A DNA stretch of 48,876 nucleotides from Trichoplax sp. H2 (taxonomy: Eukaryota). Made by a program: the position numbers and the translations under genes. The stretch is taken from contig NOWV01000223.1 of the NCBI GenBank assembly GCA_003344405.1, positions 62,001 through 110,876 on the forward strand, in the 5' to 3' direction. This document shows positions 1 to 12,500 of the stretch, one piece after another. Under the pieces are notes generated by a model. That model did no database searches and was not told the origin of the DNA. It saw nothing but the letters and a program-made list of their open reading frames with translations. Positions within the stretch are counted from its first letter, which is position 1. Each line of letters starts with the position of its first letter.

Positions 1-3000
1 ATGATAGATGAGATCACTGTCAGTAACGACTATAATTTTTTGGACTGACCCAATTAACTTTTAACTTGATGAGGTAAACAATTAACGTCAATAACATTAT
101 ATTGAGACGTAACTTGTTCGATTTAATCATTTCTCTAAAATACATTGAAATTAGAATAAAATTTTAACCAGATATTTTTAGCAACAATCAAGTATCATCT
201 TACGTAACAATAACACGATCATAAAAGTCAATAAAGCTCAGCGTGATTTGAATAATCAGATACACCTGCTTGTCGCATATGCACCTGCTTGTCATCAACT
301 TGATATTATAGTCAATTGAATAGAATTTCATTCATGGTTATGACGTTAATAAATCATATCATTAGCAACTAGATTCTTGTTCAGTAACAACTATTCATTC
401 GGATATGGATGGAGATATACTAAAACCTCAGTTAAAATACAACGTCTCCTGTATAAACATGAGCTACATAGAATCGCCACCATAGACATTGATTATGTTA
501 GAATAATTGATTTCATACCTTCACTTATATGGGTAAAGATAGTCTATCAATGCATACATAATATTTTTTAATGAGTCATTTAATAATCTAATCATTTACA
601 GCAACGAGCCTAGAAATTCTACAATACTTTAGAAACTTTGATAATAATTGAGGAAGAAATTACTATAGGGTTTGTCGATACCAATACGCTGAAAATGTGC
701 GTATAATCTTTAACATAGAGGCTCAATCGATTGGTTTACCGTGAGAAAAATATTCAGAAGCTAAGGAAAGAAATACTAGCAAATTTAATAGAGTTGATTT
801 AAGACGATTACGCCAGAGGGATCAGTAAAAAGAACTTTACGTACAATTTGGTGAGTTATTGAATATTTGATAGCTAAAAATCTGAAAAGTAGCGTACATA
901 TTTTCGTTTTCAGTTGATTTTTCATTTTCATCTTGAATACATAACAACAAAACAATACAAAATAGTAACATCAGGTAAAATAGATTTTACCGATTATAAT
1001 CATAGAATATCACAATTGACTATTTTGACGAAGAATATTCAAAGACGCATACGTTACTCTACCATATCTCCATCGCCAAATTATTTTGTCCGTATAGCTT
1101 TCTATTTCGATTACTTTATAACTTGTTCCATACTTAAAATGATATAGTAAAATGATACAGAAATCGTGAATGATTTATTAGTTACAATCCTTCGTCACCC
1201 TTTAAAATAAGAAAGAAAAAACTTAACTTATTACCCTAAATATCGGCCGTTTACTGGGTATTGGTATTCAAATATTTAATGAGCCATAAGGATCATAGAT
1301 CGATAAGATATCGTTTAACTTGCATAGGTAATAAAGGTTGACACAGGTTGTTATATAGCAGTAATCATAAATAAAAGTCGTTTAAAATATCATCGAGTTA
1401 TCGCTGATTCTACTATAGTTAATATAATTTCATGACAAAAACATACTATAGCATATTAGTTGGGATTACTGTTGCATTAAGTAAGCTCCATTGTGAGTAA
1501 AATGTAAGGGATAGAGATAAATCCTCGTTCTCATTTTTAAAAAATTTTTGGCATAATGAATTTACGTATATTCCTTAATCGAATATGATTTATTTTCCTT
1601 AAACTGCCAAGAAAGCTATTCGTTATAATGCTACTTTTACTTATTCTTCCTCGTTGCCAAATTTGATAATTTAAATTTGTGAAGGAAACCCAGAAATTAA
1701 CTATTCTATCTAGATATCGTCGCTAACAAAGTTACAGCTACTAAAATAGAGCGTATATATATACAGATTGTTACTTGAAGTAAAAACGTTGTTAGTGATT
1801 AATTCTTTAGCATAAAGAGCTATAAATATAATGAGTCTAAAAATATCAACTAATTCAGGCAACGCCCAATGTTTTAGTTACTTTAGAATTGAATTGAAAT
1901 AAATAAGTGTTGCTCGATTACTGTGAAATTTTATTTAATGCCTTTCATATCAATACTATACAGAAAATTAAACCGCTAGTTGAAACACTAAAATTAATTG
2001 TAATATTACTATTTCTATTAAATTCTTATTCTCGCAAATTAAATACTACATCGTCATTATCAGATTCATAACGGATTTCTACATTTAAGGCATAATGATT
2101 ATCTACGATAATAACCCAGGATGATCTAAAACACTCTTATCACAATATGTTTATTCCGATTAATATAGTTAAATAAATACTGTAAAACATGTTGCAAATC
2201 ATTCAAAATAGAAATTTGAACGCATTATTTTTCAAAACTTAAAATAATATGAAGTCTTAGATTTACTCTTAATATATCAAACAGGGTAGGTTCATCGTAA
2301 AGTAAACTAGACATCCCCCAAATATTAAAAAACCGTTATTGGTATCTTTATTGACATTAGGTCTATTTATTAAACGTAAGAATTATAAATTGCAGATATT
2401 AACCAACAAATTTTAGCAGCTTGAGGTTTTAAATAATTTAAATATCCGTATAGGCGGTATTGACACAATCTATTCCATTGATTCCTGAGCCAAGCCTGAA
2501 ATAAAAATGGAAACTATTACGACTTTAAAAATTATGATATCATACAACTGCAGCATGAACAATATGCATTATAATAACTGTTCGTAAAGTAAACTAAGAA
2601 TATCTAGAATATTTAGCATAAGTATATAGATTTCAAATGATGACAAAGCTAGTGCAGCTTGACTTTAAGTATGATTTATCAATCCAAGCATATATTGTTC
2701 ACCAAAGCCTTTCGAATTTGGTTAATTTAACAATGTCAACTTTCAAAGTACTAGTATTTAGTGAACTTAGGTTGTAGATAAAGTCCATTTCTATATACAA
2801 CCGGCATTATTAACTACTAAATATGACTGCTAACAATGATATCATCTGCTCAATATTATGTCAGTGACATAGGGTTGACATCATTTTTATTAGAAATTTA
2901 ATTTTGATACATTGCTACTAATATAACTAGTTATCATATAGATATTTTGTTTAGGGTCAATCTACTACACTTTTTGATCTGACATTATAGAAAATTTGAA

Positions 3001-3544
3001 GATAAACTCAATTATAATTTAAAATATAGCTTAATTATAGACTTCCTACATCGATTTTTCCTTTGAAATTAGATGTAATTGTAGACCGCTATAGTCTATG
3101 TAGCGGATATAAGGGGTGATTGAAATCTAGATATATTTTTGGTCAACATTTATATTTGGCAATCAGGCATCTTATTGTCAAAGGTACAAATTTCACTGAG
3201 ACTTTCATATTTATTATAATAACTAGATATGATTGCAATAAATATGATTCATATAAAATTCTGAAGCTAGGTGACGAGCTTATAGCCTTATACTTTTTCA
3301 AGTACATTTCATAAAATTTGATAGTAAGTGTATAGGGTAAGGCCAAAAGTATAGTTTGATACATTAAATCCCTTTATCCTGATAGTCTTCCGCTTTGGCG
3401 ACAAAAAAAAATTCTTATTCTGAAATAATGCAGGGCAACATACGCGTAATAACAACTTTATATAGTATTAAATTTTTGTCACTAGCTTTACAAATATCCT
3501 AAATTTGTCATGTTAACCTATCCTTCATTTTTTGCTTAGGAAGC

Positions 3545-6500
3545 ATGCAGATTCACTTGAAATACTTTCTTCCGTTTGTAATTTGGATTTTTGGAATACA
3601 GGTGATTTAATCAATTAGCTAGATATCATTTTACTAATAATCTATAATTGCTTTCAAGGGATATTTTGATAGATATTCAGATGGAATCGTATTCAACAAT
3701 ATAAACTAGGTTTAAGGGATTTCTGAATCCTCGTAGTATATGTTACTATTCTGACTATTCTTATTTAATTTCTTACAGAAGCACATTCAGCCAACTTCAG
3801 GTAAAGTAAATTTTTAAACCGGTGTATGCTTTTTTTAACTTTATCGATAGATGAATTACTATTAAAATGAAATAATTTAGTTCAGCAATCTCTTCTACCC
3901 TAATTAAGGAATGAGCTGCAAGATACGTCATAAAAATATTTAGTCGATTATTTACGTAAGCATACAGTGAAACTTGCAAACTAGTCATTTCAACAATAAA
4001 ATAATTTTTGAATATAACTATAGTGGACTATGATCTAGCCTTATTTTAGAATTATGAGTTCAACTCAATAGATAATCTAAACAAGAAAAAGTCATTTTTT
4101 GAAATTAAAAAATTATAAAACGACTTACGAAGACAATATTTTCAATTTCAATTTAAAAACTTACTACATTATCAAGTACAAAACATTTTTGCTTTTGTCT
4201 CCCTTTTGTAAAGATATAAATAATGGTGAGTGGAGATTTTGTTATCTTCCATAAATATTTGCGATCGTTTATCGCAAACAGCTTTATATATTAACTATAT
4301 CCAAAACTTAATGGATAATCTCCATTGAGAGGTTCCTTTTTTCAAACAGATTTCTTATCCATTTATTATTTTATTAGTTTAAAAATCTTCGACAACAATT
4401 TAAGTCGTAGAGATCTTATCATAAATTTTCTCATTTAGGATAACACACAATAAGACGATAATATCTATATTTTATTGAAAAAAGTTTTATAAAACTTCCA
4501 ATAATGATTAGATTCATCCTTAATATTAAATTATACTATTATTTAAAGCAGTAAACCTAGCTTATGAATGGTACCTCGATTAAAATGAAACTTCTGTCAC
4601 ATTGCAAAGTTCTAATTATTTTAAGTTTAGTTCTTTTTATTTTATTAAAGCTAAGCTTACTAAAATAAAAATTATATGTGATATAAGAAATTTTAGCAAA
4701 ATTCACTGAAGCCAGATTTATTTGATTAAAACATTAATTGACATCTCATTTACATACAATAATTGTAAATGATTAATAATATACTATAGTGACGATAATT
4801 TTTCAATGGTTTTATTATTAATGTTTTGTTGTCATTAAATATTATAATACGCTTAGCGTATCTTCTTCACTAGCATGTAGCATTTGCGACAAACGTCAAT
4901 TTTTCTAACATCGTGCATTCGCGAATACTACATGAATCTAATTTAAAAATAATTTCCAAATTTCCTGCAACTTAATTTCTTGTTCAATAGTAATGTTGTC
5001 ATGTTTTTCTATTGATTTACGTCAAATTGTGATCATGACTCAAAATTATGGCAAACATGTTTTACTAATTCAGAGTTTAGAGCTCTTGAAGAATTTATAA
5101 TAACAGATTTTCTTACTAATTCTCTAATGATCGAGATACTATTTAAAATAGTACAAACAGCTCTGACAGACAAGGAAAACTTCTTGCAACAGTTGACTTT
5201 AGAAAAAGACAGAGAACAATAACAACAGGAAAGCATAGCTACAAAAATACATTACTTAATTTATTAACAAAATAAAAATTGTGAACAAAATCTTTTAATA
5301 CTGAGAGAACTTAGTATGAGAACTAGGCTTAAATCAATATACTTGAATCATCACTAGCATTCCTCATCTGTCTTAATTATTGCGAATAGCCTAAATTTGA
5401 TATCATTTTTAATTTATATCCAGTCTATTTCTATATAAAATGATAACAACCATATCTTATTTACGGCTTCAATACAGTCAATAACACCTTTTCGAGATTC
5501 ATAGTTGCAAATAATGATTCCAAATTTTTTAGCTAGCTTTCACTTTATTATAGTTTGATAATATTTAAGTAGTTGACTACAATTTACGAAATCTAAAGAT
5601 TACTAATTAAACTTACAAAGCTTGTGTTCCAACGTACACTAATATAACGAAAACGGTTAATATCATTTCCTTAATAGCCCATAGTTATTTCTTGATAAAC
5701 AGTATACTCATGTACTGTAGTTCTCTACTAAATATTTTAGAAATACTCAGACAACATAGGCGGCTTATAGTATAGATATTAGACTGGATCATCATTTTCT
5801 TTAATTCGTTGAATAATCGTATTTGGAATTAATAGAATAAATAAGCAGATACGATAAACCTTATTAGCCTACTTTTAAGACTACGATCATTTTGATATAA
5901 CAATAGATGACCTTTTACTAGATTTACTTTTCATTGTAAAATCTCTATCGGCCAAATCATCTCCAGACATCTTCCACAATGCAATTAACTTCGCGAGATT
6001 TATTGTTCCAATTAGAACAAAATCAGATCCTTAGATTTAGCCAGGATCAAAGTAAACTGGATCACTTTATAGTCCAGTTTCCATCTTCATTTTGTGCTGT
6101 TAACTGGCTCTTATATTAACTAAAGTACTAGAGCTAATAAAATTAAAGGTCTCAATTTGAATGTATCTTTGACTTCATATATTACATTTAAGCAATCTAA
6201 ATTCGATGGATTGTATAATTATTAATTCGGTTATAAAAATATTAGTACAGTTTATCATGGCTGATTACTTGTTTTGCTGCATATTTATTAAATCTGACAC
6301 GGTAAGGGTTACAATAAGGGTTAAATTATTATAAATCTTTAAGATAATAAGCGAAAATTACAAAGGTCTTGCATATAATTTTGAGAAGATTTCATCGTCA
6401 AATAAGCTAATTTGAATTTAATGCAGGATCTGAGCCTTGTCCAGATGGTTGGCACTTTTATGGTCAAGACAATATCTGCTTACATTTAGTTGACAAGGCC

Positions 6501-9500
6501 GCTAAATTTGACGTAGCCAGGTCAATCTGCAAGGACGATTTTAAAGCTTGGCTTCTGTATATTAATGGTGCTGACAAGGAAAACTTTATAAATACTAAGA
6601 TTATCAGTGATAAGTATGAATTTTATTGGCTTGGATTGAAAGACGTTATTGGTGATGATAAGCCAGAGTCTCATAGATGGCTAGCTCAGAATAAAACCTT
6701 GACGGAAAACAGTTATACGAATTGGGCTAATGATAAACAGCCCAATATCCGTTCACATGAATGCGCCATCATCTGTTTCCAGCAAAAGCCTAAATGGTTG
6801 GAAGAAAAATGTTACTTAAATAATAAATATATCTGTGAAAAAGGTATAGTTGTATTGTTAATTGATCTTCATTTTTAAAACCAAACAATAAGCATATAAT
6901 GCCTTTCTAAATCGGTTTAATATATTGATCGACAAGTTTTTGCCATATTATACCTGAATTTAGTCATTTAGTGATCACTTCTCCATTACAGTTATTAAGT
7001 ATGCTTTGAATAAGTGTTTTCTTTAGGCTTATTCTTTGCCATACATTAGGAAAATTTTACTTAAAGATTCACTATTCTATTTAATTTTAATGCAGCTGCC
7101 GATAGTAAGAAATTTATTAAATCTAGTAAAATCTCTTAATATTCTTTATTCTTATAAAAAATACTAACTAAAAATTGAGCAATGTTTCTCTTTACTTAGC
7201 TGCAAACCCTTCAGCAACGTCATCCGTAACAAAAACTTCCTTCGGTAAGTTTGTTGAAGAAATTTTTTGTAGCTTGAAATTTGTCGTAGTTGATTTCTAT
7301 TAAAAATTTACTAAATATTACGGAAGCGAATAAATTACGGTATTTCATTTAGTAATTGTATCATTCTCAGAACGACAAAATTATAAGAATGTTAAAGATT
7401 TAATTCATTTACATGTAAATGCTAATTTAATGAGTATTAAATTAGCTCGTATAATGATCGAAATTATTTTTATCATTTGGCTCTGAGTTTATGCCATTCT
7501 TAACAGTGATATTAGGTATGCATCACAGATTCTACTAAATCAACTAAATTAAGCTGGGCTAATTTTATCACAGCTATCATAATACAAACATAAGAACAAC
7601 TATAGCTATTTCTAATTTTTAACGTTATAAAGCGTCCTTACGGCTATCTTACAAATAAATGTAGCCACAGAGTGGATCATTTCTGCCAAAATTTCAAAAA
7701 GCTCATAAAAAGTAGCTGACAACCCTAGTATCATATGTTGTAAGGAAAATGTTTGTCTATGAAATACCTAAGCTAACGTTACTTGTTTCTTTTGCTGTTT
7801 CAAAAAGTATGATATTTACTGCAACTATTTCTTACCAGTTGATTCTGAAATCACGCCATCACCAACAACAATATTAGGTATAATTTCTAGCCACATATGA
7901 TTATTCCTAAATTAGAATAAGAATACACTCGCAACTATGAAATGAAAACTTAAAAAGGATAGATAGTCCAGATACAATAACGTCTAAAAATAAATATGCT
8001 GCTAATCTTCATAATTTATGAACGCTATTTTGTATCAATCCAAAGATTTCTAGCAGTTTAAACAACAAAAGCAGTCAATGCGACTATTGCACTAAAATAG
8101 ATTAAATTGTAGTAATAAGTCACTAATGATAGTTGACAACGCTAATATTGAGTATTAAATATAGCAGCAACCGCTGTCAGCTACGAATGTTTAGCTGATG
8201 ATCAGAATAATGATACCTGCTGCAGTGTAAATTATAGTGACTAATAACAGTCAGAAATCCATACAAGCATCTATATGCCTATTTACGATTTCTGCGAAAT
8301 ATTTACGAGCAACACTACCTGATTTGCAACAAGGTTTCAGACTGCATTTTCTAGCCTATACTACTGTAATTTATGAATAGCAATTAGTTGGTATTTCTAA
8401 GTAGATTTAAATATGATTAAACACAGCGACACCTCCAAATTTTCTGGAAAATCGCAATCTAATTTATTGTCGCCGCTTTTATAGGCTTCGTTATCTAAAC
8501 CGATTTAACTGCACGAATCACATTTTCTATTTGAAATTAGCCAAATTAATACTCTAAAGAACCTCTATCTTACTAAGATATTTCATCTAAACTTAAAAAT
8601 CGTGCTTTCAACCTTAACATCCTTTGAAGCAATAGACATAATTTAGTTAAACTAGTAGGTAGTTACTATTTTATTCTATCTAATCCTAAATTAAGAATTG
8701 CTAACACATCAACTGTTAACCTCTAAAATTAAAATTAAAAAGAACATAAACATTACCGAAACATACGTACATCATTTTGAACGTAATATAGAAATAATAT
8801 ACTTTTCACTAAGATAGCTTCTTACCAGCTGTATAGAAGGATACGATAGTATAAATCATGCTTAAATAATTAAACTTATACTTAATAATATAAAGTAGCG
8901 TTCAAAGCTGCAAAATAATGATTTAAGACTTATGGCAATAGTCAGTATCAGATAAATATTTCGGTACGTAATAAAATAGCAGCAAGTGATCTTTTATTGT
9001 ACAACGAGAAATAGAAAATTTGTACTTTAGTGCTACAAATCGAAATCTGTAACAAGAACAAGTTAAACCGTTATAGAAATTACACACTACAATTCTTCGA
9101 GTCTGCAGTCAGGTTTATCCTCCTTGACATCTACCTACAGTACGACTCTGTATACTGACCATCCCCTATTGTCAGGATTAACAGTTACCCAGCACTAGTC
9201 TCTATCATAACTGAACTCAAACTTTACTGAAAAGTTAGCCAATTTATAGTCAATTTGCCTAAACATTAATTATCAGTTTATGCATAATTTTATAAAACTA
9301 TCCAGTTATCTATTAAAACAGGTATAACGTCATATATAAATTCATGCTAGCACATTTCTAGGTAAATTAGCTTATTGGAATCTATGTTGCGACAACTACG
9401 CAACAGCTACTCCGCAATAATCAGTCTACATATAATATTTTTGTAGCTTACTTAGCTACAACTTCATAATGTATTGATACATTTTCTTACCAGCAGGTTA

Positions 9501-12500
9501 CCAGACAACACCACTTCCAACAGTAATATCAGGTATAGCTCATAAACTCTGACGATTACTTGTATTTAGCAATAAATTTTCATCTGCATAATAGTAAAGG
9601 CTATTCTAAAACCAAATTGCAACTATTCCGATATATATACTTGAAATAAAAAGCTTGTAAATCAGTAACATATAATATTTTTGTAGCTATTTACATTTCA
9701 GTCAGATTTGTATAACATTTTGATAATATTTTCCTCCTGCAAGTAGGTTACCTAACTACACCACTTCCAACAATAATATCAGGTATAGCTTATAAATTTT
9801 GATGATTATTTGTGCTAAGTAATAAATCCCATCTGCATAAAGCCAAAGTGTAACCTAATGAAAATTACAACCATTTTGATACTTGTACACAGGTACAAAT
9901 TTGGATAGCAATTAATAAATTACAATAGATACTGCATGTAAAACCTTCTACTGCACTTCGTATTAAAGTATCGTGCAAAATAGATATGAGACTGTAATAG
10001 ACTCTTTGCACCTACGTTACTTCAGCGTTTCATCATCAGCCACAGCCCACTAACATACTATAAAGTACTAGTGCCCCATGGTTGTCTACCAAAATGGTAA
10101 ACAACTGGGTTAATTAATTACTATTGCCTAATTTATAATTTACGGAGCTACACTTCGTAACAGGTGTATTATACAAAGTTTCTATCCAAACAGGAATACA
10201 GTACTGTAGAATGCTAACTTGCTTAAAAATCTATATCGTTTTACATTAATTCTTGAGTTTTATTTGTTCTTTAATTTGACATTTAGCTATAACAAGTGGT
10301 TTATCTACGACATTAATACAAAATGGTAAGTAGAAACTAAGGGTATCAAATAAGATTACAAATCCAGTTGGAGAAAATTTAACTTAAAGGCTTGATTAAC
10401 GTAGGAAGTATCAGGTGTTCTTGTTATTATCTAATTTGTTCTTCTCTTTCAGATTTCTCTACTACCACAACCTTATTAGGTTTGCTGATCTTAATTAGAT
10501 CTTAGAGATGTAATTCGACATATTTAGATCCTTAATTAATTTTTTACTACAGAAATTTCTTATACCAGTACTTGTAAGTTGAGATTAGACACTGTTAGGA
10601 AATGATAAAGTAAGAGTTATCTCCTGAGTTACATTTTTGCAATTGATAATAACTGTTTAGATACAACAAGTATCTCCCTATCAACCGAACATGAAAATAT
10701 TGACAGTACTTTTGGTACAGTAATAGTAATTTTCATTATTTCACTTATCTAGTAGAGTATGGTACAATTAAATTTGCTTTCATCATTTCACATACTTTTC
10801 TTTATCATTCTACAAGCAGAATTTTCATCTATAAAAACTGCAAGTTCGCAAAATACTATTATATTGCTGTCTGATACCTATATTCATGCAACAAGAGCAA
10901 GTACAGCCAGATTTGGTAAATAAGTGTAATCTAAATTTAATATTGCAAGCTAATAAGCTTAAAAATAATAGCTGAAAATGGTAAAATAAAAAGAAATCGG
11001 GTTATATTCAATAGGCCTCGAGTCGACAATTGGTTATTCTGAACCGATAATATCATCTACAACTTCTAATATTAGTGTAATATCTATGCCTTCACTTATC
11101 GACACTAACGAAATATCACCCTTTACAGTTGCCGATAGCGGGGGATTATCCTTGTCTACAGCTTTTGAAGATGCCAGAGTATCATCACCTACAACTATTG
11201 AAGAAAATAGATTATCATCATCTACAGTTATTGAAAATAATCGATTATTGCCATCTACAGTAGCTGAAAATGATAGGTTATCATTAGATACAGCCATAAT
11301 AGGTAACAGATTGTCAGCATCTACATCAGTTATAAATGATAGATTATCGTCGAATACAGGCATGGAAGATGACAGATTATCGTTATCTACAGAAGTTAAA
11401 AATGGCAGATTATCATCAGATACAGCCACTGAAGATGACAGGTTATTCTCATCTACAGTTGTTAAAAATGATAAATTATCATCAGATATAACCACTGAAG
11501 ATGACAGACTAACATCACCTACAGCTACGGAAGATGACAAATTATCATCATCTGCAGTCATCGAAAATACATCGCTAGCAGCATCCATAGCTATTAAAAC
11601 TGATACTTTTAGTGCATGGTCAACCGATTTCAGCGTTTCAATATCAGGTATATATATATTATTTTTTATTACCGATGCCATTTATAAGATAGCAATCCTT
11701 TCATTAATGGAAATTTAAATGTTGATATTTATAGAATTTGTGCATGAAAGCTTTCTATCGACCTTTAACCGATTATTTTCTTAGCATAGATATTTATTAC
11801 TAACGAAATTAAACAGTTATCTTTCCAAATTAGAGAATTTCTTCAATATTGCGATCAAATCCATCATTAAATCTAAGGAATAACTTATTTCGTTTTCTGT
11901 AACTTTTTCTTTTAACAAGATACGCAAGATACTTACCAAGCTTACTCTACTAAAAGCGAATCGCTCATCACCGGATATACTACAACCTCAGATGCAAACG
12001 AAACATCTTCTACCAATTTACGTAGTTCTGGTAATATGTTCATATTTGATTACGGAACAAAGACTTTTTCTTTAAGAACGGAACCGAATATCTATTTAAC
12101 TAATGATGACAACATTGAATCAGTTTTTACGTTCTCTATTCCAGATTTTAACTGTTATCCACTGCCTACATGTTATTCATCTAAATTCTCATCGCAATCT
12201 ACCGTAAATAATAATCAACATATCATTACAAATATAGATAAACTAAGCAGTGTATCCTTCAAATCTTTAACAGGTAAGTCGTAGAAATTCTAAAAGTAAT
12301 GAACTAGTAGCACATTCAGAATAATGTCAATGCTAATATAAATTTACAATCCATAATTTGCTCATTCTATTCACTAAACCTACCAAATATTTAATAGCAT
12401 CCTCAGCTACTGATGTACCTACGAATCAGACTTTCCTCCATCCTACACTTGCACATCAAGACACTACCCTTAATCCTTTCGATAAGGTGCTATAATACTT

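Noticed and set aside
6206..6301. Alternative first coding exon for the adhesion GPCR (ATG...ACG|gtaagg)
   Set aside because: Ends in phase 0 while the CTLD exon needs phase 1; exons 3545-3601 plus 3779-3800 fit the phase and encode a signal peptide.
11034..11681. 215-aa antisense ORF
   Set aside because: Shadow of the 33-nt coding repeat; the + frame has splice sites and phases that fit the adhesion GPCR.
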